Shown here: piece by piece, positions 1 through 8,942 of the stretch
Layout: every line of letters begins with the position of its first letter
How positions within the stretch are numbered: position 1 is the stretch's first letter
Assembly: GCA_964291395.2 (NCBI GenBank)
Contig: OZ219856.1
Location: forward strand, 384,001 to 448,000
Direction of reading: 5' to 3'
Source: Alphaproteobacteria bacterium
GTDB taxonomy: Bacteria; Pseudomonadota; Alphaproteobacteria; UBA2966
DNA length: 64,000 nucleotides
Made by a program: the position numbers and the translations under genes
The notes under the pieces: generated by a model
Seen by the model: the letters and a program-made list of their open reading frames with translations, nothing else
What the model was told of the DNA's origin: nothing
The model's database searches: none

Positions 1-1
1 C

Positions 2-253
2 AACGACACCGACTACGGCCTGCACGCCACGGTGTTCACCCGGGACATCGACCGCGCCATCCACATGGCCCGCCGCCTGCCGTGCGGTACGGTCGCCGTG
101 AACGGGTTCACGGAAGGCGACGTCAAGACGCCCTTCGGCGGCTACAAGCGGTCGGGGTCCATGGCGCGCGAGAACGGCGTGGAAGCCTTGGACCAGTACG
201 TCCAAACCAAGACCATCTGGATCTCCGTCGGCGCGATGGACGCCGTCTCATGA
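2..253 (+). CDS. Aldehyde dehydrogenase, C-terminal part (5' truncated by window edge)
   Basis: Frame reads NDTDYGLHATVFTRD...PFGGYKRSG..RENG..ALDQY..TKTIW, the typical ALDH C-terminus. Confidence 0.9.
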   Translation, partial: NDTDYGLHATVFTRDIDRAIHMARRLPCGTVAVNGFTEGDVKTPFGGYKRSGSMARENGVEALDQYVQTKTIWISVGAMDAVS

Positions 254-292
254 CCGCCAAGACCCCGATCCTTTCCGTCACGGCCGGGTGCC

Positions 293-1120
293 TCATTCCA
301 CCGGCGCCGTGTCGTTGAATACCTGGGTGCGTTTCATGAGACGCCGCTGATCCGGCGGGAATTTTCCGCGGCCGTGCATGGTCGGCCTGTTGTCCCACAT
401 CACGAGGTCGCCCACCCGCCACCGGTGTGTCCAAATGAACTCCGGGCGCGCGACGTGGTCGGTGAGGAATTCGACCAATTCCCGACTCTCGCTTTCGTCG
501 AGTCCCACCACGGAGCGGGTGAACAGCGGCGTCACGTAGAGCGTCTTCCGCCCGGTCTCGGGATGGGTGCACACGATAGGATGATCGATGATCTGCGGCG
601 GATTGAGCGGGGTGTCCGGATGGCGGTGGGTCGCCCTGAGGCCTTTCAACCGTTCCTTCATCGCGGCGTCGAGCGCGTCGTAAGCGGCGTAGCCGCTGCC
701 CCAGCGTGTCTCGCCGCCGGTGTCGGGGATTTCCACGGCATAGAGGGCCGAGATGGTGCCGGGCTTCGGCATGTAGGCGAGGTCCGAGTGAAAGCCGATC
801 TCGCCGTCGCCGAGGGCCCCGATTTCTTTGCCGTTCTTCCTGATGTTGGAGACGAAGAGGATCTCCTTCACGGGCCTGTCCGGCATGTCGCGCACGTGGA
901 CCTCGGCCTTTCCAAAGTAATTGGTGAACCGGACCTGATCCTCGTCGCCGAGGTCCTGCTCCCGAAAGAAGATCACGCAATGATCCAGCAGCGTCCGACG
1001 GACCGCGGCGGCCGTCTCCCGGGGAAGCGGGTTCGACAGGTCGAGTCCCCGGACCTCGGCGCCGAGCGCCGCCCCCGTCGGAATGACGGTCATTCCCTCC
1101 ACGGCGTTGGGCTTGCTCAC
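293..1120 (-). CDS. TauD/TfdA family Fe(II)/2-oxoglutarate dioxygenase
   Basis: GAEVRGLDL N-terminus, HxD (FHSDLAY), HPIVCTHPETGRKTLY, WDNRPTMH motifs. Confidence 0.92.
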   Translation of the reverse strand: MSKPNAVEGMTVIPTGAALGAEVRGLDLSNPLPRETAAAVRRTLLDHCVIFFREQDLGDEDQVRFTNYFGKAEVHVRDMPDRPVKEILFVSNIRKNGKEIGALGDGEIGFHSDLAYMPKPGTISALYAVEIPDTGGETRWGSGYAAYDALDAAMKERLKGLRATHRHPDTPLNPPQIIDHPIVCTHPETGRKTLYVTPLFTRSVVGLDESESRELVEFLTDHVARPEFIWTHRWRVGDLVMWDNRPTMHGRGKFPPDQRRLMKRTQVFNDTAPVE

Positions 1121-1355
1121 TTTCCGGTTCCGCGGCCGACGAAGGTGCCGATGCTCATGGCCTCGATACGGCGACGGCCACGCCGCGGGCCGCCGTCATT
1201 CCGGCCGCAGACATCCGGAACGCGGGCGTCATTTGTCCCGTTTCACGGTATCGCGCGATTTCTTCCGGTGTCGGCACGGCCTGAGTTTATTTTTCGAGAC
1301 GGCGGCGAACAAGCGTATCGGCGCTCGCTCGGGCGCGCCGGAGGTTCCAACCCGC

Positions 1356-1386
1356 GGCGGTTCCAGTTTGACCGGAACCGCCCTAG
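1356..1386. repeat. Intergenic palindromic element, copy 1 (CTAG-terminated hairpin)
   Basis: GGCGGTTCC-N9-GGAACCGCC followed by CTAG; reverse complement resembles 58366-58397. Confidence 0.6.
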
Positions 1387-1444
1387 AGTCTGAAGGGCCC
1401 GTTCGTGCACCGGCGGGAGAGGATCAAGAAAGGGGAGACGCACC

Positions 1445-2107
1445 GTGACCAGGCAATCCGGCGACAGTACCACGCCCTGGCGGATCAAGGGTGATTGGTG
1501 GGATCTCTGCAATTGCGCGATCGGTTGTCCCTGCCTGTTCGGGGAGAATCCCACCCTTGGCTACTGCCAGGGGGTGCTGACCTACATCATCCGGGAGGGG
1601 CGCCACGGAGACGTTGATCTCGGCGGGCTCACCGTCATCCTGATCGTTCATTTCGAGGGCGAGCTCTTCGACAGGAACCGTGAGATCGGCATTCTCATCG
1701 ACGAGCGCGCCGATGCCGCGCAGCGGGAGGCGCTGGAGATCATCTTCAGCGGGCGCTCGGGCAGCGTGTTCGGCGCGATGCGTGACCTGAGAAAAAGCCT
1801 CGACGGAATAGAATACGTGCCGATCGACGCCAGTCAGGACGAGGAGGAATGGAGGGTGCAGGTCGCGGGCTTGATCGAGGGTCTCGGCGGCCCGTTCCGC
1901 AAGTTCCTCGTACCGGAGGGCGAGGCCTGTCGCATCCACAACCCGCCGCGGCCGGAAGTCGTCCCCGGGATCGTCACCGTCGGTCACGCCCTGCGCAATA
2001 TCATCACGGGACCGTTCGGACGCGATTGGGACTGGACCGGGCGCTCGGCCAAGCACATCGGTTTCGATCTCAGCGGCCCGGACGACTTCAGCTGGAAGAA
2101 CGCATAA
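1445..2107 (+). CDS. DUF1326 family protein
   Basis: W.IKGD..D.CNC..GCPC..G..PT.GYCQG cysteine motif and IDERADAAQREAL..IFSG; GGAG ribosome-binding site before GTG. Confidence 0.85.
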   Translation: MTRQSGDSTTPWRIKGDWWDLCNCAIGCPCLFGENPTLGYCQGVLTYIIREGRHGDVDLGGLTVILIVHFEGELFDRNREIGILIDERADAAQREALEIIFSGRSGSVFGAMRDLRKSLDGIEYVPIDASQDEEEWRVQVAGLIEGLGGPFRKFLVPEGEACRIHNPPRPEVVPGIVTVGHALRNIITGPFGRDWDWTGRSAKHIGFDLSGPDDFSWKNA

Positions 2108-2111
2108 CCTC

Positions 2112-3788
2112 ATGGCCAGCAACGAGATCACCGGCGCGCGCTATATCGCGGAAGCTCTCAAGCACCTCGGCGTGACCCACGTCTTCTTCATGGACGCGGT
2201 CCTGAGGCGCACCCTCGTCGAGATGGAGCAGGTCGGGATCACCCGCGTGCTGGCGCACTCGGAAAAGGCGGCGGCCTATATGGCCGACGCCTACGCGCGG
2301 GTGACCGGCCGCGTGGGCGTCTGCATGGCGCAATCGGTCGGCGCCGCCAACCTTGCCGCGGGCCTGCAGGATGCCTGGCTGCACCGGGCGCCGGTCCTTG
2401 CGATCACCGGCCGCAAGCCGCCCTTCGCCCGGGACCGCAACGCCTATCAGGAGGTCGAGCACGCGCCCCTTTACGCACCCGTTACCAAGATGCATGCCGA
2501 CGTCGACGTGATCGACGAGCTGCCGCGCTATCTCGAGCAGGCCTTTCGCGAGGCGACGGACGGCACGCCCCGTCCGGTGCATCTTGATCTCAACGGCCTC
2601 GGTGGCCAGGAGATCGAGAACGCAACGCTGCCGGGCGCCGACTTGCCGAACGCCGCGTATGGATCGCATCCCGTCCGGCGCCTGCGGCCGGATCCCGCGG
2701 AAATCGAGGCGGCCGCGGCGCGCCTCGCCAAGGCCAGGAAGCCAGTCCTGGTGGCGGGAGCGGGCGCCGTGCAGGCCGCTGCGCACGCCTCGGTGCGGTC
2801 GCTGGCGGAAACACTGTCGATTCCCATCGCCACGTCCCTCGGCGGCCGCGGCATCGTGCCCACGACCCATGCGCTCCACGTCGGCGTGGTCGGCACCTAT
2901 TCCGCGCCGGTCACCAACCAGCTCGTCCACGAGGCCGATCTCGTCATCTACGTGGGTTGTCACACGGGCGATCAGGTGACCAACGACTGGACCGTTCCGG
3001 CCCCCGGTACGGCGGTGATCCAAATCGACGTCGACGGCCGCGAGGTGGGGCGCAGCTATTCCGGCGTCAGCGGAATCGTCGGTGATCCGGGGATGGCGCT
3101 GGATGATCTGGCAGTGGCCGTCGATGGCGCGGGGGACCGCATTGACTGGGCCAGGGATGCGGGTGCCCGCTTCGATGAGTGGCGCGACTCCATGGCCGAG
3201 CATCGGGCGTCGGATGCGGTGCCGATGCGCGTCGAGCGTCTCTGTCATGAATTGAGCGAGGTGCTGCCCGAAGATGCCATCCTGGTGGCCGACACCGGCT
3301 ATTCGGGCATCTGGACGGGCACCGTGCTGGAACTGAGGCACCCGGACCAGACCTACCTGCGCGCCGCCGGGTCGCTGGGCTGGTCATTGCCGGCCGCGCT
3401 CGGGGCCAAGGCCGGGGCGCCCGGCCGGCCCGTCGTCTGCTTCACCGGCGACGGCGGCATCTACTACCACGTGCCGGAACTGGAAACCGCGCAGCGCCGC
3501 GGCCTCCCGGTCGTGGTTGTCGTCAACAACAACTCGGGCTTCGGCCAGGGGGTCGACAAGGTCCGGGACATCTACGGGGATACGCCCGGCAATCCGGACG
3601 ACCTCAACCGCTTCAACGACACGAACTTCGCCGACGTCGCCCGCGCGTTCGGCGTCGAGGGCATCCGGGTCGAGCGGCCCGGCGAAATCCGATCGGCCCT
3701 CGAGCGTGCACTGTCCCTCGACGCGCCCGTGCTGGTTGACGTCGTGACCGACCGCGAACCCCGCGCACCCGCGCCCTGGACACCGTGA
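2112..3788 (+). CDS. Thiamine diphosphate-dependent enzyme (acetolactate synthase/decarboxylase-like)
   Basis: E..AAYMADAYAR, GAANL..GL.DA, ThDP motif GDGG...NNN. Confidence 0.9.
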   Translation: MASNEITGARYIAEALKHLGVTHVFFMDAVLRRTLVEMEQVGITRVLAHSEKAAAYMADAYARVTGRVGVCMAQSVGAANLAAGLQDAWLHRAPVLAITGRKPPFARDRNAYQEVEHAPLYAPVTKMHADVDVIDELPRYLEQAFREATDGTPRPVHLDLNGLGGQEIENATLPGADLPNAAYGSHPVRRLRPDPAEIEAAAARLAKARKPVLVAGAGAVQAAAHASVRSLAETLSIPIATSLGGRGIVPTTHALHVGVVGTYSAPVTNQLVHEADLVIYVGCHTGDQVTNDWTVPAPGTAVIQIDVDGREVGRSYSGVSGIVGDPGMALDDLAVAVDGAGDRIDWARDAGARFDEWRDSMAEHRASDAVPMRVERLCHELSEVLPEDAILVADTGYSGIWTGTVLELRHPDQTYLRAAGSLGWSLPAALGAKAGAPGRPVVCFTGDGGIYYHVPELETAQRRGLPVVVVVNNNSGFGQGVDKVRDIYGDTPGNPDDLNRFNDTNFADVARAFGVEGIRVERPGEIRSALERALSLDAPVLVDVVTDREPRAPAPWTP

Positions 3789-4594
3789 CCGGAACGAGCG
3801 TCGCCTTGATCGGCTACGGCGGCATCGCCCGCACGGTAGCCGCACATCTGCCCGAGCTGGTGCCCGATTCGGGAGTCCGGGCGGTCCTGGTGCGTCCGGC
3901 CTACGTCGCGGCGACGCGTTCGGCTGTCGACGACTCGATCGCCGTCGTGGACACCATCGGGGCGCTGCTGGAATTCGATCCCGACGTCGTCGCGGAATGC
4001 GCCAGCCAATCGGCAGTCGGCGAATTCGGCGAGGCCGTGTTGGCGGGCGGGTGCGACTTGATGATCGCTTCGGTCGGTGCCCTGGCGGACGGCGCTTTGT
4101 GGGGACGCCTACGGACGGCGGCGTCGGCCAACGACGTTCAGGTATTCGCCCCCGCCGGGGCGGTCGGCGGTATGGACGCCCTGTCGGCGGCGAAGACGGC
4201 CGGACTCTCCCGGGTGCGCTACCGCTCGCGCAAACCGCCCGCGGCCTGGCGCGGATCGCCCGCCGAGGAGATCTGCGACCTCGAGGACGTGGTCGAGCCA
4301 ATCGTGTTCTACACCGGATCGGCCCGTGACGCGGCGCGGGACTACGCCAAGAACGCCAATGTTGCGGCGACGGTGGCGCTGGCCGGGATCGGGTTCGAGA
4401 AGACCGAGGTGGAGCTCTGCGCGGATCCGAGTATTTCGTCGAACGTCCACGACGTGACGGTGGAGGGTGCCGCCGGCAGCTTCCGGTTCGAGATCGCGGC
4501 CAAGCCGTTTCCGGACAACCCCAAGACCTCCATGCTGGCGGCCTTCAGCGTCGTGCGAGCGCTGGCCAACCGCGACTCCGCCCTCGTCGTGTGA
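3785..4594 (+). CDS. nadX: L-aspartate dehydrogenase family protein
   Basis: GYGGIA Rossmann motif, VAECAS, SVGAL, GAVGGMD, NANVAAT, NPKTSMLAA; overlaps upstream stop (GTGA). Confidence 0.88.
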   Translation: MTGTSVALIGYGGIARTVAAHLPELVPDSGVRAVLVRPAYVAATRSAVDDSIAVVDTIGALLEFDPDVVAECASQSAVGEFGEAVLAGGCDLMIASVGALADGALWGRLRTAASANDVQVFAPAGAVGGMDALSAAKTAGLSRVRYRSRKPPAAWRGSPAEEICDLEDVVEPIVFYTGSARDAARDYAKNANVAATVALAGIGFEKTEVELCADPSISSNVHDVTVEGAAGSFRFEIAAKPFPDNPKTSMLAAFSVVRALANRDSALVV

Positions 4595-4619
4595 AGTTCG
4601 GTGTGGCTGCGCTCGTGAT

Positions 4620-6038
4620 CTACCGTTCGTAGAGCGGGGCCTTGCCCTTGTACCCACTCCAGGCGAACCAGTAGGCGATGTGGCCCGGCAACCTGGCCAA
4701 GGTCTGGCCATCGTTGCCGACAAGAGACTCCTCCTCGACCCGCCAGCTCTGACCGCCAGACTCCAGCGTATCGAAGCCTCGAGACCCCGCCGTGAAGTCG
4801 CGCCCGCGGGCGTCATAGGCCCGCACGGTGCGCGAGGCCGCGTCTCCGATGAGCACGATGTCGAGCGTCCCGATGCGGTCGTTGATCACGCGCCCACCCT
4901 CGAACTCCGAAAGGGGCCAGGCCTTCTCGTGGACGCCGCTGCGCAACGCGAAGACATAGTCCTTCGGCTTGAGCCGCGTGTCCCTGACCAGTGCCGGGAA
5001 CATCAGGTGGGGGCTCGCGAAGTAGCCGGCGTAGGGACGTCCGGGCGTGTAGTCGCGCGAATATCCTGTATCCAGAGACAGCACCCTGGTGTCGGGGTGG
5101 CGGGCCAGCCAGCGCTTCCACGTCGTGATGGCAACCGGACGCACCTTGAGTTCGATGCCCGAGCCGGTGAGCGGCCCGACCACCGGCCGGCCGGTGAACT
5201 GGTTCCACAGCGAGTGGGTCTCCCGGTCGTACATCAGCTTGTTCGAGCGGTAGAGAAACCCGGACGAGCCGAAGACGAAGCGGTCCGGCCGTCCGTGCAC
5301 ACGGGTCTCGAACAGGATGCCCGAACCGCACAAGGTGCAGTAGGCCAGGGCGACGGGCACGCCGCCGATGACGTCGTTGAACATCTCGTGCCAGTCGAGA
5401 ATGCGCAGCGGGTAGGCTCGCGCATCCCCGGCGATTTCCACGCCGAACACCAGCTCCTCGTCGGTAATGTAGGTCGCCGCCTCCGGCGAGACATGCTTCG
5501 GGTCGTTCAGCGCCGGGATCCCGTCCTTCCGTACCCCGCCCCAGACGATCTCTTCGAGGCGAATTTCGTGCTTCACGCCTCGTTTCAGGAACAGGCGGAA
5601 ACTCGGGTCGATCAGAGCGAAGAGATCGGCCTTGAAGGCGTCGTACCCCTCGAACGGCACGATCTCTGGGTGTGCTTCCTGCCACAGGATCCAGGCGTGC
5701 CAGTCACCGCCCAGAGTTTCGTCCGTCAAGGCTTCCAAGGTGTCGGCGAGGGATCGATCGTGGTCCCGGAAATAGCGGAGGATCTGGATCAGCGCCGGCA
5801 CGACGTCGGCATTTCCCCGCTCCTGCAAGCTTCGCAACACCTGGCGTCGTCCATTGACGTCCGCCGAAAGGATTTGGCGAACCGATTCCTCGACGTTCGT
5901 CGCGGAGTCGACGGCACGATCCTGCGCTGCCGCACAAATCGAGAGCGCAAGGACCGCCACGGCGACGCTGACGGTGCCGGCGGCGGCGGGAAAGGGAGTG
6001 ATGAACGGGAGGCGCATGGCAAGGGGCTTGGGTTTCAT
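4620..6038 (-). CDS. DUF3179 domain-containing exported protein
   Basis: Signal-like N-terminus; GG..KDGIPAL, ARAYPLRIL.WHE..ND, YCTLCGSG, YDRET.SLW.Q, YWFAW. Confidence 0.85.
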   Translation of the reverse strand: MKPKPLAMRLPFITPFPAAAGTVSVAVAVLALSICAAAQDRAVDSATNVEESVRQILSADVNGRRQVLRSLQERGNADVVPALIQILRYFRDHDRSLADTLEALTDETLGGDWHAWILWQEAHPEIVPFEGYDAFKADLFALIDPSFRLFLKRGVKHEIRLEEIVWGGVRKDGIPALNDPKHVSPEAATYITDEELVFGVEIAGDARAYPLRILDWHEMFNDVIGGVPVALAYCTLCGSGILFETRVHGRPDRFVFGSSGFLYRSNKLMYDRETHSLWNQFTGRPVVGPLTGSGIELKVRPVAITTWKRWLARHPDTRVLSLDTGYSRDYTPGRPYAGYFASPHLMFPALVRDTRLKPKDYVFALRSGVHEKAWPLSEFEGGRVINDRIGTLDIVLIGDAASRTVRAYDARGRDFTAGSRGFDTLESGGQSWRVEEESLVGNDGQTLARLPGHIAYWFAWSGYKGKAPLYER

Positions 6039-6127
6039 GCGGGCATGGCATTTCGGGTGCTGCTACTGTTCCGGTTGCTTGATGCAACCCCACCACCTTC
6101 GGAAACGCTGCACAAGGGAGACAGTTC

Positions 6128-6511
6128 ATGAACCGCTATTTCAACCCGCCCGACCTGGCCCCGCCATTCGGGAACTACAGCCAAGGCGTCGAGATCACGG
6201 AGGCCGAGAAGATCGTCTACGTCGCCGGGCAGGTCGGTGTGGCATCTGACGGAACGGTGCCTAGAGACTTCGAGCAGCAGGCCGAGCAGGCCTTTCGCAA
6301 CGTTCAGGGCGTCTTGCGTGCCGCCGACCTGGACGTCGAGAACATCGTGTCGATGCGAACGTATCTTCTGAGTCGCGACGATATTCCCGGATTTCGAGCC
6401 GCGCGAGATCGCGTATTCGGGGAGGTCAAGCCGGCGGGTACGCTGCTGATCGTTGCCGGATTGGCGGCACCGGAGTGGCGGATCGAGATCGATGCCTTCG
6501 CCTACGGGTAG
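6128..6511 (+). CDS. RidA/YjgF family protein
   Basis: YSQG, VAGQVG, conserved Arg, IEIDA C-terminus; GGAG ribosome-binding site. Confidence 0.88.
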   Translation: MNRYFNPPDLAPPFGNYSQGVEITEAEKIVYVAGQVGVASDGTVPRDFEQQAEQAFRNVQGVLRAADLDVENIVSMRTYLLSRDDIPGFRAARDRVFGEVKPAGTLLIVAGLAAPEWRIEIDAFAYG

Positions 6512-6533
6512 GGGCGAAGGCATCCCGCGCTGA

Positions 6534-6821
6534 TCAATTCCCTTTGACCTCGACGAGGACGTTGCGGAATCGGGTGTCGCCGATGTTGCGGGCGTCGTGC
6601 CTGGAGCCTTCCTTGCCGCTCACGACATCTCCCGGCGCCATCGCCACGGTATCCACCGCACCGTCCTCGCGATGGATCTCGAGTTCGGAGCCCTCGACCA
6701 CGTAGTAGAAATAATCGTGGTTGTGCGTGTGCATGCCCGAGGCCTCGCCCGGGTCGAGAATGAGATTCCACACCTTGATCTCGTCATCCTCGAAAATGAC
6801 CTTGGTGCCGATTTCCGCCAT
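6534..6821 (-). CDS. Small cupin-domain protein
   Basis: GTKVIFEDD.IKVW..L.PGE..GMHTH.HDY...HDARN; start moved to ATG 6821 after GGGAGG. Confidence 0.8.
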   Translation of the reverse strand: MAEIGTKVIFEDDEIKVWNLILDPGEASGMHTHNHDYFYYVVEGSELEIHREDGAVDTVAMAPGDVVSGKEGSRHDARNIGDTRFRNVLVEVKGN

Positions 6822-6873
6822 GGGATCCTCCCGCCCTTTGTCCCGATTCCATACGCCATGCGATCCGTTTTGA

Positions 6874-7620
6874 CTAGCGCCCGCCGGCAACGTCCAGGCA
6901 CGTCGCGGTGACGTAGCTTGCCTCGTCGGAGCAGGCCCACACCACGAGATTCGCTACCTCCTCGGGCTCACCCAGCCGCCGCAACGGTGCATCCCGGTTG
7001 ACGGCCTCGGCCGCCACCGCAAGATCGACCTGATTGCCCTCCCAGATCTCCGTGCGCGTCGCTCCCGGCCGTACCGAGACCACGCGGATGCCTTCGGGCC
7101 CCACTTCCTTGGCGAGGCCCAACGTAAATGAATCGAGGGCGCCCTTGCTCGCGGCATAGGGAACGTCGCGCGGCCAGCCTCCGGTCCGGGAGGAAATCGA
7201 CGAGACGTTGACGATCACGCCGCCGCGGCCGCCCAGACGGTTCGACATGCGGCCGATGGCTTCCCTCGAGACGAGCGCCGGTCCGAAGACGTTCACGGCG
7301 AACGTTCTCTTGAACCTTTCCGGTTCGAAATCCGCGATCAACGTGTCGTAGTCGACTCCTGCATTGTTGATCACCGCTCCGGGCGCGCCCAGGCCATCGT
7401 CAAGCTCCTGGAACATGCGCAGGACGTCTTCTTCGACGCCCACGTCGGCCTGTACGGTGATCGCGCGCCGGCCCGCCGCCCGGACGTCCTCCGCGACGGC
7501 CTCAGCCTTGTCCTTCGACCGGCTGTAGTTCACCGCGACGTCCCAACCCCGCCGTCCGGCGAGGCGTGCGGTCGCCGCGCCGATGCCGCGGCTGGCTCCG
7601 GTGATCAGCATGACACTCAT
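6874..7620 (-). CDS. SDR family oxidoreductase
   Basis: TGASRGIG, NNAG, YAASK, RRLGEPEEVA; start MSVMLIT after GGAAAGGA. Confidence 0.9.
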   Translation of the reverse strand: MSVMLITGASRGIGAATARLAGRRGWDVAVNYSRSKDKAEAVAEDVRAAGRRAITVQADVGVEEDVLRMFQELDDGLGAPGAVINNAGVDYDTLIADFEPERFKRTFAVNVFGPALVSREAIGRMSNRLGGRGGVIVNVSSISSRTGGWPRDVPYAASKGALDSFTLGLAKEVGPEGIRVVSVRPGATRTEIWEGNQVDLAVAAEAVNRDAPLRRLGEPEEVANLVVWACSDEASYVTATCLDVAGGR

Positions 7621-7652
7621 GTCGGTCCTTTCCGATCGGCTCTCACGACACG

Positions 7653-8939
7653 TTACGCCCCGGCCGTCGGCAACGTATTCTTGCATACCCGCCCGTCCTG
7701 CATGATCAGGACAATCCGATCCTTGTCCCTGAGGACACGGACGTCCCGGGACGGATCGCCGTCCACGATCAGCAGATCGGCCGCCTTTCCCACCTCCAGC
7801 GTGCCCCACGACCCGCTCCGGCCGATCGCGCGAGCCGAGGTCCGGGTCGCCGCCTGGAGGACCTCCATTGCGGACAGTCCCAGATCCTGCAGATATTCCA
7901 TTTCGGAGACGAGGTCGTAAGGCGGGAAGACGTGCGCCGCGTCGGAGCCGACGCCGATCGGGGTTCCCGCGCGTCGGGCACGCTGGACGGTGTCCGCGCA
8001 GGCTTCGTAGGCCACCCGGCAGCGGTCGATGAACGTCTGCACGTCCGAGGGTTCCGTGCCGCCCGATCGGAGGAACGCCCGAGCGTAATCCTCGTTCACG
8101 CGGAAGTGCAGCCAGGAAATGGTCGGCACGAACACGCAGCCCGCCTCGGCCATCAGATCGAGGCCTTCGTCATCCGCGAATTCCCCGGAGTGAAGGGAGA
8201 TAACGCCGGCGCGGACCGCGTCCTTGATCCCGTCGGCATCGTGCGCGTGCGCGTGCACCGACTTGCCGAACTTCGCTGCTTCCTTCACGGCCGCGTCGAT
8301 CTCCTCGAAGGAAAGGTCCTGCGTGTCCCCGTCGATCCACGGGTTGCCCGGTGTCCCGCTGGCGGTCACCTTGACCCAATCGACACCGGATCGGATCTGC
8401 TTGCGCACGGCGGTCTGCATTTCCTCGGTGCCGTTCACGGCGACGCCGAGATAGGTCTCGTTCTCGTGGTAACCCCAGGCGCCGGTGTGATCTCCGATAC
8501 CGCCCGACCCCGACAGCATCTGGCCCGCCGCCACGACCTTGGGTCCCCTGATCACACCCTTGGCGACCGCATCCCGAACCGCCGTGCCGATGCGGCCCCG
8601 GCAGGCGCCGTCGCCCACCGCCGTGCAACCCGTCTCCAGGACCAGAGCCGCGTTCTCCGCGGCCTTGAGAACGTTGAACTCCAGGCTCTCGTTCATCTGC
8701 TGAAGGATGAGCGCGTATTCCTTGGCGTGATAGGTCAGGTGGGTATGCGCATCGATCAGTCCGGGCATGACCGTGCGGCCCTCCGCGTCGATGACCTCCA
8801 TGTCCGGGGTGGTCTCGAGCGAGGCACCCTCTCCGGACCGGCTGATCCGCCCCTGCTCGACGACCAAGGTCCAGCCGTGGCGGACGTCGATGTCCGTCCC
8901 GTCGACGAGACGTGCATTGACGATGGCGGTCGCCGCCAT
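7653..8939 (-). CDS. Metal-dependent amidohydrolase (Xaa-Pro dipeptidase-like subfamily)
   Basis: MPGLIDAHTH, KVTASG, HAHAH, GSDA, G.LEVGKAADL. Confidence 0.88.
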   Translation of the reverse strand: MAATAIVNARLVDGTDIDVRHGWTLVVEQGRISRSGEGASLETTPDMEVIDAEGRTVMPGLIDAHTHLTYHAKEYALILQQMNESLEFNVLKAAENAALVLETGCTAVGDGACRGRIGTAVRDAVAKGVIRGPKVVAAGQMLSGSGGIGDHTGAWGYHENETYLGVAVNGTEEMQTAVRKQIRSGVDWVKVTASGTPGNPWIDGDTQDLSFEEIDAAVKEAAKFGKSVHAHAHDADGIKDAVRAGVISLHSGEFADDEGLDLMAEAGCVFVPTISWLHFRVNEDYARAFLRSGGTEPSDVQTFIDRCRVAYEACADTVQRARRAGTPIGVGSDAAHVFPPYDLVSEMEYLQDLGLSAMEVLQAATRTSARAIGRSGSWGTLEVGKAADLLIVDGDPSRDVRVLRDKDRIVLIMQDGRVCKNTLPTAGA

Positions 8940-8942
8940 CGG

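Noticed and set aside
4620-6038. Possible selenoprotein, since some DUF3179 members use Sec
   Set aside because: The motif is CTLC with ordinary Cys codons and there is no in-frame TGA.
4467-6131. Long antisense and alternative-frame ORFs (this one, 7932-9485, 40274-42145, 52024-53835 and others)
   Set aside because: Shadow ORFs expected opposite real genes in high-GC DNA, with Arg/Pro/Gly-rich or mirror composition and no recognisable motifs.
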